In this document: piece by piece, positions 12,037-25,606 of the stretch
Layout of the letters: each line of letters starts with the position of its first letter
Position numbering within the stretch: the stretch's first letter is position 1
Source of the DNA: Octopus sinensis
Lineage: Eukaryota
Assembly (NCBI RefSeq): GCF_006345805.1
Contig: NC_043009.1
Span: forward strand, 49,104,001 to 49,168,000
Direction: 5' to 3'
Length of the DNA stretch: 64,000 nt
Notes under the pieces: model-generated
Told to the model about the DNA's origin: nothing
Databases searched by the model: none
What the model saw: only the letters and a program-made list of their open reading frames with translations
Made by a program: the position numbers and the translations under genes

Positions 12037-12428
12037 TAGGTGCTGGAGTGACTGTGTGGTAAGAAGCTTGCTTCTCAAACACATGGTTCCGGGTTCATGC
12101 GTGGCACCTACTATAACCTCAGGCAGACCAAAGCCTTGTCAGTGGATTTAGTAGACAGAAAACTGCAAAAAGCTCGTCGTGTGTGTGTGTGTATGTGTAT
12201 GTGTGTGTGTCTGTGTTTGTTACCCACCCCCACCCCGCCATTGCGAGACAACTGATGTTGCTGTGTTCAACCGATGTTGCCCTGTAACCTAGCGGTTCGG
12301 CAAATGAGACTGATAGAAACGTACTAGGCTTACAAAGAATAAGTCCTGCGTTCGATTTGTTCGACTAAAGGCAATGCTCCAGCATAGACGCAGTAAAATG
12401 ACTGAAACCAGTAAAAGAATAAAAGAAT
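12037..12428 (+). mobile_element. SINE family A, full length
   Basis: Head TGACTGTGTGGTAAG...GGGTTCA, internal (TG)n, tail GCTTACAAAGAATAAGTCC...GTAAAAGAAT. Confidence 0.9.
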
Positions 12429-12475
12429 GTAAATCCATATACGTGTATACACACACCCTTATATATATATATATA

Positions 12476-12860
12476 GTGGAGGCGCAATGGCCTAGTGGTT
12501 AGGGCAGCGGACTCGCGGTCATAGGATCGCGGTTTCGATTCCCAGACCGGGCGTTGTGAGTGTTTATTGAGCGAAAACACCTAAAACTCCACGAGGCTCC
12601 GGCAGGAGATGGTGGTGATCCCTGCTGTACTCTTTCACCACAACTTTCTCTCACTCTTACTTCCTGTTTCTGTTGTACCTGTATTTCAAGGGGCCGGCCT
12701 TGTCACTCTCTGTGTCACGCTGAATATCCCCGAGAACTACGTTAAGGGTGCACGTGTCTGTGGAGTGCTCAGCCACTTACACGTTAATTTCACGAGCAGG
12801 CTGTTCCGTTGATTCAGATCAACCGGAACCCTCATCGTCGTAACCGACGGAGTGCTTCCA
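12476..12860 (+). mobile_element. SINE family B, full length (tRNA head)
   Basis: A-box TGGCCTAGTGG, B-box GGTTTCGATTCC, tail GTAACCGACGGAGTGCTTCCA; nearly identical to 28181-28563. Confidence 0.9.
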
Positions 12861-13199
12861 CATATATATATATATATATACATGTTCCAACACACCTATA
12901 CACATTCTGTTATGATGTGAAAAACACATCAATTTGCGAGTGAGAGACACAAAATGCCTCCACAAAACAAAATGCAGCTTTACATATAAAGCCATACAGC
13001 TGCTTTCACCTTGTTTTAGTTTCTCTCTCACTCCCTCTCCATCTCTCTCTGTCTCTGCTTCTCTCTTTCTACTCTCTCTCTCTCTCTCTCTCGCTCGCTC
13101 GCTCGCCCTTTTTCGTATGTAAATAAGCATATTTGTTTGAATTAGCAGAGATATTTACCATATATAGAATTATTCCAACACTGACTGTGACTTTATGGT

Positions 13200-13530
<331 letters not shown>

Positions 13531-13839
13531 ATATATTCCATTATTTCCATTTTTTTTTTCTTCGTGTTCGTAGATTCCTGTGAATCCTACTTTGTTAGCG
13601 AAGTTGAAAAATTAGATTTGTAAAATTGTTCTACATTCTTTGACATTTAAAATACGTATTATTCATTTGGAAACAACATTAGAAAATGAGCGCGAGTGGG
13701 TGGGTGCGTGGGTGGCGGTGGGGGAAATAACTTTATAAATAAAATTATTATTTAGAGAGACAGATGAAAACGAAATATACAACATGTATATGTCAAATTA
13801 GAAACTCTACCAAAGTGAAAAAAAAAAAATTGAAAAATA

Positions 13840-13951
13840 GAGATGATGATGATGATGATGATAATAATAATAATGATAATAATAATAATAATCACAATGA
13901 CGACGATGATGATGATGGTAGTGGTGGTGGTGGTGGTGGTGGTGGTGTTGG

Positions 13952-13993
<42 letters not shown>

Positions 13994-14056
13994 CGATGGT
14001 GATGATGATGATGATGATGATAGTGATGGTGGTGGTGGTGGTGGTGGTGGTGGTGG

Positions 14057-14093
<37 letters not shown>

Positions 14094-14420
14094 CGGGTGA
14101 TGGTGATGATGATGATGATGGTGATGGTGGTTGTGGTGGTTGTGGTGGTGGTGGTGATGGTGATGGTGATGGTGGTGGTGGTGGTGGTGGTGATGATGAT
14201 GGTGGTGATGATTATGATGATGATGGTGGTGATGACGATGGTGATGATGATGATGAAGGTGATGGTGATGACGATGGTGATGATGAGATGATGATGATGA
14301 TGATGATGGTGATGGTGGTGGTGGTGGTGATGGTAGTGGTGGTGGTGGTGGTGATGATGATAATGATGATGATGGTGGTGTGGGTGGTGGTGGTGATGGT
14401 AGTGGTGGTGGTGGTGATGA
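13840..14420. repeat. Compound (GAT)n/(AAT)n/(GGT)n field
   Basis: Direct reading. Confidence 0.95.
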
Positions 14421-14870
14421 TAAATAAATGGATACATGAATAAGATTTTTTCTGACTTTAATATCTTTAGCTTTAGTCATAAACACTTCTGCGGTAGACT
14501 ATTGATGTGATGTGATGCGATGTGATATAGTCTTATATGCTTTAATAAGTAGCAGCTTAAAAAGTGTTTAATTGCGATACCATTTACTCACATAACAAGT
14601 ATTCATTTACCTTATGGCGCGTGTGCGTATGAGTGAGCGCTCGGGCGCATGCTTCTGCGTGCGTGCACGTGTGTGTGTGTGTTTCAGATGAATACCAATG
14701 CATGGCTGTATGCGTGATTTAGAGACTCGTTGCTAATTTCGATGAAACTGGATTACAGATGCCGGTCTCAAAATACACACACATGCTCATACATACGTAT
14801 ATCCATGAATTTATGCATCTATGCAGCCATTCATCAATCCATGCATACATACCTACATACATTTTCTAAG

Positions 14871-15160
14871 AGGTACTCCGTCAGTTACGACGAAGATGGC
14901 TTCCAGTTGATCCGATCGAAGGAAATTAACGTTTAAAGCGGCTGAGCACTCCACAGGCACCCGTGGGTCCCTGGAAGATTCAGCTTGACAAAGAATGTGA
15001 CAAGGCTGGACTTTTGAATTATAGGTAGAACTCAGCTGGGTGGACTCAAGCAATGTGGAATGAAGTTATCCGCTGAAGGGCACAATGCGCTGCTAGAAAT
15101 TGAACTCACGGACCCACAAATTTGAGCCGAATACCCTACCCACTAGGCCACGCGCCTTTA
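14871..15160 (-). mobile_element. Chimeric SINE: D-type head with B-type tail
   Basis: Reverse of the B tail (TACTCCGTCAGTTACGACG...GCTGAGCACTCCACAG) joined to the reverse D head (CAGCTGGGTGGACTCAAGC...CCACTAGGCCACGCGCC). Confidence 0.75.
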
Positions 15161-15630
15161 CAGATACATACACGCATTCTTCCCTATCTACATACATACC
15201 TACATATACGTACATACATACGTATATACATACATATACATACAAACAGACACATACATATTACATACATACACACATGCATACATATATACATTCGTAC
15301 ATACATATAGAAATACATAATTTCATACACACCCATACATACATTCATACATATAGACACATATACATATGTACATACATACATACATACATACATACAT
15401 ACATACATACACATACATATATACATATAGACATATATGCAAACACAATACACACACATACATACTTATATAAATACATACATACACACATATATATACA
15501 TACATATATGCAAGCACACACGCATACATACGCACATACATACATGCACACACACATACATACACACATGCATACATACATACACACATACACACATACA
15601 TACATATAAACATGTACATATACATATATA
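15160..15630. repeat. (TACA)n/(CA)n field
   Basis: Direct reading. Confidence 0.95.
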
Positions 15631-15912
15631 AAAAACGTATGTAGCGCCATAGAGGTTAGCTACCCACTCAAGAGTAAGAATTACAGACAACTGCTCCGAA
15701 ACTTGCAAAATCAACCAGCTAATCCGCACATTACAAACATAGTATGTAACTGGAGGAATAAAACTACGCAAGAATTTTCTCAAATTTAAAATGTTAATTT
15801 GTCTTTGCTCTCTACAGTCTACAGTCCAACAATGGAGTTGTATCTTTGCTAGAAGCTAGTTTCTTCCTTACAGGATGGTTTCGAATAATTCACGTGTTGA
15901 AACATGTTCTGT

Positions 15913-16125
15913 TGTGTCTGGGGAGAGTCATTTTCTTTTTGTGCCTTTAACACACTCACCGGTAAATTTCCACTTCTTTTTTATTTTTCTAAAATTTTCG
16001 TTGCGACTTGCAGTTGCAAGACGCAACGACAATTTTAGAAAAATAAAAAAAAAATAAGTGGAGATTTTGCTGGTGAGTGTTTTAAATAATTAGGCACCAA
16101 AAGGGAATGACTCTCACCAGACACA
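15913..16125. mobile_element. Foldback/palindromic MITE
   Basis: TGTGTCTGGGAGAGTCATT...CACTCACC...TTTTTCTAAAATT..CGTTGCGACTTGCA mirrored by TGCAAGACGCAACG..AATTTTAGAAAAA...GGTGAGTG...AATGACTCTCACCAGACACA. Confidence 0.8.
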
Positions 16126-16181
16126 AAGCATATATGCATATATGATCCTTGGATCTTATATATATATATATATATGTGTGT

Positions 16182-16218
<37 letters not shown>

Positions 16219-16245
16219 CATATACAAAGAGAGAGAGAGAATGAC

Positions 16246-16319
<74 letters not shown>

Positions 16320-16325
16320 ACAGAC

Positions 16326-16357
<32 letters not shown>

Positions 16358-16897
16358 GATATATAGATAGATAGATAGATAGATAGATAGACTTTGCCTT
16401 TCATCCTTTCGGGGTCTATAAATTAAGTACCAGTTGCGTACTGGGGTCGATTAGATCGACCCCCATCCCAAAAAATTCTGGCTTTGTGCCAAGAGTAGAA
16501 AGAACAATTAATCTATAATTTTCCAGTTTCTCTGACTATTTAACTTTTGATACTCGAGTAACATCACGAGATTAGTCAAGTAGAAGGAGTCTAATGTGTA
16601 ATTAGGGCTCTAAATGGATAAAGTTTCTCATCCTAGTGACTGATTTCCGAGATCTTCAGACTCAACTGTTTGCTGGATCCCCACACTCTGTTTGGGCTGA
16701 ATATCGTCAGTGAGCTCCTAGTAATTTTCCAACCCGAAATAAGTATCAGACTGACATTCTTAACCTTCGTTACTTCGAAGGCATTCACATGCAGTGAGGG
16801 ATTTGTTTGCACTTGTCCTTGTTCTAATTTGCCTTCTTCTGTAGCTGCCAAGTACTTGACTGTCTAGCCAGATAAATCGACGGTATAATCATGGACG

Positions 16898-17123
16898 GCG
16901 AGCTGGCAGAAACGTTAGCACGCCCGGCGAAATGCTTTGCGGTATTTCGTCTGCCGTTGCGTTCTGAGTTCAAATTCCGCCGAGGTCGACTTTGCCTTTT
17001 ATCCTTTCGGGGTCGATAAATTAAGCACCAGTTTCGCACTGGGGTCGATGTAATCGACTTAATCCCTATGTCTGTCCTTGGTCGTCCCCTCTGTGTTTAG
17101 CCCCTTGTGGTAGTAAAGAAATA
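16898..17123 (+). mobile_element. SINE family C with 16-bp TSD
   Basis: Full head and tail; GGTATAATCATGGACG repeated at 16882-16897 and 17124-17139. Confidence 0.95.
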
Positions 17124-17321
17124 GGTATAATCATGGACGTAGTAGTGTTTTATCTTCCCCCTACAGACATGTCTTAATAAAATTTAAGGGATGCCCCACT
17201 CCAAGTGCCCTCGCAGCACGTCGGTCACTAAACCCTGATTCTAAAATTCCAGTACTGAATTCAGCCCTTAAATGATGTCAAATTACACATCTCATTGAAG
17301 TCAGCCGACGAAAGTAATTCT

Positions 17322-17543
17322 CTCTTTACTCTTTTACTTGTTTCAGTCATGTGACTGTGGCCATGCTGGAGCACTGCCTTTAGTCGAGCAAATCGACCCC
17401 AGGACTTATTCTTTGTAAGCCTAGTACTTATTCTATCGGTCTCTTCTGCCGAACTGCTAAGTTACAGGGACGTAAACACACCACCATCGGTTGTCAAGCG
17501 ATGTTGGGGTGACAAATACAGACACACAAACATACACACACAG

Positions 17544-17587
<44 letters not shown>

Positions 17588-17773
17588 GTATATGTACACA
17601 TATATATATAACGGGCTTCTTTCAGTTTCCGTCTACCAAATCCACTCACAAGGCTTTGGTCGGCCCGAGGCTATAGTAGAAGACACTTGTACAAGGTGCC
17701 ACGCAGTGGGACTCAACCCGGAACCATGTGGTTGGTAAGCAAGCTACTTACCACACAGCCACTCCTACGCCTT
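17322..17773 (-). mobile_element. SINE family A, full length
   Basis: Reverse of the A head, internal (CA)/(TA) repeat and tail. Confidence 0.9.
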
Positions 17774-18375
17774 ATAGACATATAGCCACGATGATGGTGG
17801 AATACTGACTTTCATCTCAAAACCCTTCACTTAATTATAAGAAAATAAAGTATGGTGTTGATGAGTATGTTGACTGGAGTTTCTATATATAACGTTTCGA
17901 GCAGACCTTATCATTAAAAGGTGATATCATGTTGTGAACAGGTAAGCGGAATTAACTGCTGAGATTTCACTTTAAATGATACAAGACAATATGGGTGCAG
18001 ATTTAAGACAATAAAGAGAAATCGGGTTCATTAACATGTTACGAAGCTTGTTTGGCTACCGTGTTACTTGTTACATTCTCTCATGTAAATAAACATGGAC
18101 GTCAATCGGGAGCAAATATGACTAGTTATTTTTTACCACGCCATCGCTAATTGCTTTAAGTGGCTATAAAGAGGCAAGCAGACATAGACAATCTCTCTGT
18201 TCTTTTCTCGAGCCAGGGGACATTGGGAATATTACAGCTGGAGGTGAAGAAAATGACAAAGGGAAACGCGAGGAAGACAGGGAAAATGAGAGTAGGCTAC
18301 GTCAGTACAAGATCCCTTTTTCAACAGAATAAGCTGAAGCAGTGTTAAATAAAATGTCATACTTAAGGACGGTGT

Positions 18376-18668
18376 TCCTTCTCAAGCCATGTCTGGCTCA
18401 TAGGGCCAGTTTCCCTGCTTCATTGGCGTGTACGTTCCCCACCTGGATGGGACGCCGGTCCATCGCAGGTGACCTGCAAGATGCAGGAGAAAAGAGAGAG
18501 AAAGTTGTGGCTAAAGAGTCAGCGGAAGTTCGCCATTACCTTCTGCTGGAGCCGCGTGGGGCTTAGGTGTTTTGCTCATAAACACACACATCGCCCGGTC
18601 TGAGATTCAAACCCGCAATCCCTCGACTGCGAGTCTTCTGCTATAACCACTAGGCCATGTGCCTCCAC
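18376..18668 (-). mobile_element. Chimeric SINE: B-type head with D-type tail
   Basis: Reverse B head (CGCCCGGTCTGAGATTCAAACC...ACCACTAGGCCATGTGCCTCCAC) joined to the reverse D tail (CCTTCTCAAGCCATG...GGGACGCCGGTCCATCGCAG). Confidence 0.8.
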
Positions 18669-19739
18669 TATAATATACTTTAAAGTATATTAATCGTTTT
18701 TATAAGACAATACCGCATTCTACTGTGTTAGCAGTGCACTTTTACATTATTTGTTAAGGTTATTTCTACAGATATTCTATAGAAATTATAGCTAGCACTT
18801 CGCTCTAACCACTAGGCCATGTACCTCCACTATACTTAAGAACACAACGCTTCATTCAGTCCGAGAATCGAACTCACGACCCTACGTTCATGAAGTCAGC
18901 TCTCTTGCCCGTTAAGCCACGATGACGGTTATTCACAGGGAAGTCGTTTCTATTTACTACCCGTTTCAAAATACTGCTTTTTTTGGTTATTAATATCAAC
19001 GGGGATAGGATTCAACGTAGCCCGCTCGACCTATTAAATTTAGCAGCAAAGTCACTCCAGTAAATCATACGTGTAAATACCGCCAGTATGTCTACAAAAT
19101 AGGAGCTGACCTGGAACACAACTAAAACAGTAACAATAACAACGACATCGTCAACAACAACAACAACGACTTCGTCAACAACAACAACAACAATAATAAC
19201 AGCAACAACAACAACAGCAACACCGATAACGATGTCAGATCGAAACTAGGTGTTTTGCTGTTTTGATAAAGGTCGTGTATTCCTCTACGACATGTAAACG
19301 CCAATTTCACTTTTAACCGCTGCTGTTTGTTTAAACAAAAAAAGTGATCGTTTCATTGTTTTCTATTGAATAATTTTTTTTGGTTCCCTCTTCTTCTTTG
19401 GACCTAAAACAACCTACCCACCCCGGGTTAAGACATCTGAAAAATAAATAAATTTAAATAAGGGAGGCGGGTGGGGGAATAAGAAAGCAAAAAAATAAAG
19501 ATTAAGAGCGAAACAAAGAGAATGCAAAACAAAACGAGATCGAAACCAAGTTTGAAGTTATCGACAGCCGTCAATATTTTCCATAGTCTTGTAGCGTATC
19601 TACAACAAAAATCTCTCTCACTTTCTCCCCCTTTCACCCTTTCTCACTCTCTCTCTCTTTCATTCTTTCGTTCTCTCTTTCTCTCCTTCACGCTCACTTA
19701 TTCGCTCTCTCTCTCTGTCTCTCTCTGTCGCCCTCACTC

Positions 19740-20500
19740 TTTCTTTCACTCTCTCTCTATACATATATACATACATATATATATATAATGCATATGCTTA
19801 TATATTGTTATTGTATAATCGTGTATGTTTGTATGTGTGTATATATATATATATATATATTGTATATATATGTGTGTGTGTGTGTGTGTGGTGTGTGTGT
19901 GTGTTGGGTGTGTACAGAAAGATAGAGACAGAGAGAAAGAGAGCTGATGGGTAGGTGGATATGTACACACACATATCCACGTATATAACCCATGTGCATA
20001 TGTACACACGTAAATACATGTAATATATGCATATGCATATTGTGTATGCATTCGCGCAAGTATGCATGTATGTATGTACGTATGCATGCATGTATGTATG
20101 TATGTATGTATGTATGTATGTATGTATGCATGTATGTATGTATGCATGCATATATGTATGTATGTATGCGTATCTATCTATCGATCTCTCTATGGACGTA
20201 AGTGTATGTACGTCTGGATGCATGTATGTATAAATATGTACACACGTATACGCGAACATCTCCGTACGTACGTACGTATATATTCAAAACCACAGCCATT
20301 ATTTCTTTACTTCTGCGTTATTTTTCTTGAAGAGTTCCTAAAGGTCACGTGTCAGTGCCCCTCCCCTCGCACATTTTTTTTTTCCTTTCTTTCTTTTACA
20401 ATTCACTTTTCATTTGCTTCATTCATTTTGTTTCTATTGTTTATTTCTATTTACTCGTCTCTCGTTACTTCTTCCTTTTCTTTCCTTCCTTCTTTCCATG

Positions 20501-20561
<61 letters not shown>

Positions 20562-20617
20562 ATATATATATAGATATATATCTTCCCCCTCTTTCACAAT
20601 CTATTAATCTCTCTCTT

Positions 20618-20657
<40 letters not shown>

Positions 20658-21701
20658 TGTTATCTATCGACATTTTGCTTTCATTTTTTTCGACATTTTG
20701 TTTTTTTCTTTCGTTGGAACATATCTTTTTTGTTGTGTTCTGTTGTTGCTTTTTTTTGTTTCCTTTGTATAATATATGTGTGTGTATGTGTGTATGTATG
20801 AACAAATGTATGTATATATGAATATATGAATGTATCTATGTATGTGTGTATGTATGTATGCATGTATGTGTGTGTATGTATGTGCGTGTATTTGTATGTA
20901 AGTATATTTAAGCATATGTATATGTATATGTATAACGTTTATATATATATATACGTATATAGCATTCTCTCTCCTCTACAGCTTTTTCTATACATACATA
21001 CATGCATACATACATGCATACATACATACACACATACATACATACATACATACACACATACATACATACATACATACACACACACATACATACATACACA
21101 CATACATACATACATACATGCATACATACATACATGCATACATACATACATACATACACACATACATACATACATACACACATACATACATACATACATA
21201 CATGCATACATACATACATACATACATACATACACACATACATACATACATACATACATACATACATACATACATACATACATACATACACACTCAGTAT
21301 TAACTTATTTAACATTTCTCTCTCGTCGTCGCTGTTATAGTTGTTATTGTTGGTGTAGTCTTTCCTTCTGATACTGTAATTGTTATTAGTTTTGTTGCAA
21401 TTCTTGTAGTTATTCCTGTTGTTGTTGTTGTTGCTGTTGTTGTTGTTGTTATTATGGAAAGTTTCTCGTAGAAATCAGGTTTTATTTATCTTTACATTGC
21501 GTATGTATATACGCTTGCGTTATTTGTTCACCCATTGCTGTGCACGCACTTATGTGTGCTGTGTGCTCTGTGTGTGTGTTGTGTGTGTGTGCGTGTGTGC
21601 GTGTGTGTCTGTGTGTGTGTCTGTGTGTCTGTGTGTGTGTGTGTGTGTTGTGTGTTTGTGTGTGTGTGTGTCTGTGTGTGTGTCTGTGTGTGGTGTGTTA
21701 G

Positions 21702-21767
<66 letters not shown>

Positions 21768-21770
21768 TGC
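19740..21770. repeat. Compound (TA), (TG), (TATG), (CT), (TACA), (GTT) microsatellite region
   Basis: Direct reading; short unique spacers between blocks. Confidence 0.9.
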
Positions 21771-22461
21771 TTATTTTCTGTGAATTTATCAATAAAATTG
21801 ACTAAAATGACAGTCGGAATATTGAACATGATGTTTCTCGTTTATCAAAATCCAAAGAAAACGGGAGAGAGAAAGGTAGACAAGAGAATTAAAAGAAATC
21901 GAGAGAGCAGAGACGGAGTAAGAGACAGTGAGAAAGGGTGTGACAAGGAGAGGGCGAGGAAAGAGGAGAAAGAGAGAAAGAGACAGTGGAAGAGGTGAGA
22001 GAAAGCGAACGGGAGAGAGAATTAGAGGAAAGGAAAAGACTATAAGAGCGTGTGTGTATGTGTTAGGAAGGAGTAAAGTGGAGAGTCTTTAAAGAGATAC
22101 AAAAGAAATGACAGAAAATGGGAGTGGTAGTGAGAGGAGATAAAACTACAGGGGATGAAGAAGTGGCTGGCTGAAGGAACCAAAATGGTGCAAAAGCAGA
22201 GAATGAAGGATTAGGAGGTTCTCATCACGTGGACAGATATTCCATTGATATGTATTTGTTAGGGATCTGCATTCAAATTTAAAGCCGTATGCACCACTGT
22301 AAAACTAACGAGTGTTTCATTTGGGATCTGTTGCTAAGTAGTAAAGGTACTTCCCTTCTCTCCATCCCCATCAGGGGTAGAATTCCAACTGGGATGGACT
22401 CCGCCAAGAGAAACCATTTATATGCCTATATATTCGTTTTTGCTTCTTTTCTTTTCTATTT

Positions 22462-22703
22462 TTTTATTTGTTTCAGTCATTTGACTGCGGCCAATCTGGA
22501 CCACCGCCTTTTGTCGAGCAAATCAACCCTAGGACTTATTCTTTGTAAGCGTAGTACTTATTCTATAGGTCTCTTTGCCGAACCGCTAAGTGACGGGGAC
22601 GTTAACACACCAGCATCGGTTGTCAAGCGATGTTGGGGGGGGGGAAACACAGACACACAAACATATACATACACACACATACACACACACACACAGATTA
22701 TAT

Positions 22704-22735
<32 letters not shown>

Positions 22736-22736
22736 G

Positions 22737-22767
<31 letters not shown>

Positions 22768-22838
22768 ATATATATATTATATATATGTATATATATATAT
22801 ATATATATACGGACGGGCTTCTTTCAGTTTCGTTCTAC
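22462..22838 (-). mobile_element. SINE family A (tail and internal repeat, head truncated)
   Basis: Reverse A tail TTTCAGTCATTTGACTGCGGCC...CATCGGTTGTCAAGCG; abuts the Penelope-like remnant. Confidence 0.85.
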
Positions 22839-22839
22839 C

Positions 22840-24860
22840 AGCTTGGAGAAAGGACGAGTGTGCAAACCATAAGATTTCACGCTTCCTGGTCTTAAGTTGT
22901 TTGGAGTGTGTGGTTGTAGTGAACCGATCAGGAGGGGGCTTGCAGTTGTTATAGGCTCCGGGTGGCCAGTGGTGCGGTTGAGTGCGATGTCTTGGGGTAT
23001 ATTTGCGGAGTTGTTGGATTTGTGTAGAGTAGAAGTAGTATCCGTAGATTCGGTGTTAGTATTGGAGAAGAGATGTGCTATTTTAGTTTTAAGCTTAGTG
23101 TTGGGGATATAAAATATTTTTAGTGGAAGCCGCTTATTTGAAGGGCCTGATTATAATGAGGGATGTGAGTGTTAAAAATTTCTTCTTTAGCGGATTCTGA
23201 TAGATATGCTTGTCACTACGATATTAAGGGTAAGTTTAGGGTGATTAGAGAAGACATTTATGTATTGTAAAGATTGACTGGGTTTATGGAAAGGGTGGTA
23301 TAAATTTGTGTTTAAGTCTAAGAGTAACGTTTTAGAAATTGGCCACTTTAGCATCAATTTCGAATGAAATACTTGTTTGCGGCTTTCTTGGTGCGTTCCA
23401 CCGACGGTCTAGATAATCCCCTTGCCGAAAGTAGTGCGTCGTCTCTGTATAGTCCGCCGGATAGGTTGGGCAATTATTTTATAATTTGGGAAATAAGGAA
23501 TAAGCCCACAAGGTCAGTGACCTGGGCTGAGTCCGATGAGCCCATAGTTTTGTCAAAGTAATCCGTAGATGAGTTGCAGGTCCAGTTATTACCCTTCAAA
23601 ATTTCTCGCAGCTAGAATGATATTGATATCCGATCGGGAGATGGGAGCATATTTTCGGGGAAGATTAAAGTTTTATTTAAGAGAATTGGTGATATTGATG
23701 AGTAATAATTTGAAAGAAATGGGTGTGTTGTTTATCATGAAGAGAGTGAAACCTAGTGATGACATCTCCAGTGCAATTCCAGAGTGGTAGCTTAACATTA
23801 GTTCTAACAAGAGGTAGAATACAGTCTATAATACATCTATTAATTCGACCTAAGTCAGATTTTGTGGGGCAGATGAGTCGAATAGAAGGCTTAGAGTAGA
23901 AGTTGGGTTTGTGGTACTTCAGGGGGATGGGATGTTAGGTGTATATGGTTCAGTTCTATTTAGTAAATTTAAATCAGCGATGAGCTTTCAATGGATGTTA
24001 TTAATCTCCTTAAGAGCATTTCTATGAGTATCTCTTTTTCTCGTTTCAGTCATTTGACTGCGGCCATGTTGGAGCACCGCCTTTAGTCGAAGAAATCGAC
24101 CCCAGGACTTATTATTTGTGAGCCTAGTACTTATTCAATCGGGATTTTTCGCCGAACCTCTAACTGACGGGGACGTAAACACGCCAGCATCGGTTGTCAA
24201 GCGATGTTAGGGGACAAACACAGAAACACAAACATATACACACACATACATATACACACACATATATATATATATACATATATACGACGGGTGTCTTTCA
24301 GTTTCCGTCTACCAAATCCACTCACAAGGCTTTAGTGGGTTCGAAGCTATAGTAGAAGACACCTGGCCAAGGTGCCACGCAGTGGGACTGAACCCGGAAC
24401 CATGTGGTTGGTAAGAAAGCTACTTACCACACAGCCACATAATTTGTGTTTAGTTCCTTTGATATGAGATTAGTATATGTTTCCAAGAGAAGGGAGGAAA
24501 GACTGCTAGTTTTATCAGAGAAGACATACAGGTGTGGTGAAGTTCTTATTTAAATGTAATTTTGGACAGTTCTTTCTGGAAGGAATTAGTATAATTAGAG
24601 AATTTCATGTTTTATAACATATGTAGTAGTTCTTTCTCAAAATGCAGGGTTTGGGGGTAGATTTTTGTGAGACTCAGGTTCTGAGACTCCTTTTCATTAG
24701 AATGTTCGAAGTGATTAGATTTGAAGTCATACTGTAGGGTTCTCCACCTCATCCGAATGATGAAATCATTAGTCTTTTGTAGTAGGAGTTCCATGTATAC
24801 ATCCCTTGGTGGGATCGGGATATTTTTTATAGACATGCACAAGAATTACTTATCTATGAG
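22840..24860 (-). mobile_element. Penelope-like retroelement remnant (Naiad/Chlamys-type RT), interrupted by SINE A
   Basis: Hand translation, minus strand: SIKNIPIPPRDVYMELLLQKTNDFIIRMRWR (24612-24842 ORF), HKPNFYSKPSIRLICPTKSDLGRI (~23840-23915), FDKTMGSSDSAQVTDLVGLFL (23495-23557), GGLYRDDALL (YRDD at 23438-23449), RKREILWFAH (~22860-22890); stops and frameshifts present. Confidence 0.9.
24031..24438 (-). mobile_element. SINE family A inserted in the Penelope-like element
   Basis: Near-full A copy in reverse, with PLE coding motifs on both sides. Confidence 0.9.
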
Positions 24861-25329
24861 TGTTATCTATCGTTACATTATTTCCCAACGGAAACCTTTA
24901 ACACAAGTTCAAATGTAGAAAACAGTGAATATAAACGTCGTATATTTTAGACTAATCACTAATTCATGCATTTCCCGCACACCGAATTAAAAAAAATTAG
25001 AGTAACCATCTTGATGACAGAAACTATTTTCAGAAATACAAGTTCACAGCAGCTCTCCTATCTCAAGGTAATTACACGTCTTTCGTTTAAAGGCATGTTA
25101 GTTTCAGAGACACCTTGATTCTGGCGATTATCTGTCCCTTCTCATATACAGTTCATCGCAAACGCGACGTGGCATTTGTTTAATTATCTCGTTAAGAAAA
25201 ATAATTTCAATAATCCATAATATTCGATATATGAATTTGATATAAATTTATTCGTCTTTATTGTCTATATCTATGCCAGTGGCATTAAATCATATACAGA
25301 CATTCATAGCCGATTTACTACTGGCCTGG

Positions 25330-25382
25330 TAACATACATACATACATAAGTATATATAATATATATACATATATATAGATGC

Positions 25383-25446
<64 letters not shown>

Positions 25447-25575
25447 ATATATAGATATATATACATACATATATATATATAGATATACATATATAATCAT
25501 ATATATATATATATATAGTATATATATAATGTATATATAAATTATATATATAGACAGATACATAGATAGACAAAC

Positions 25576-25606
<31 letters not shown>

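Noticed and set aside
12476-12560. tRNA genes at the heads of families A-D
   Set aside because: A- and B-boxes are present, but they continue into SINE bodies in many diverged copies and I could not fold a complete cloverleaf
16540-16870. Possible decayed coding or LINE fragment (minus ORF 16633-16851)
   Set aside because: No RT, EN or transposase motif recognised in any frame
17921-17946. Strong donor CAG|GTAAGC at ~17941 as an exon end
   Set aside because: No adequate upstream acceptor with an open frame
22289-22954. 221-aa ORF
   Set aside because: Runs through an antisense SINE A copy, a (TA)n tract and the antisense strand of the PLE
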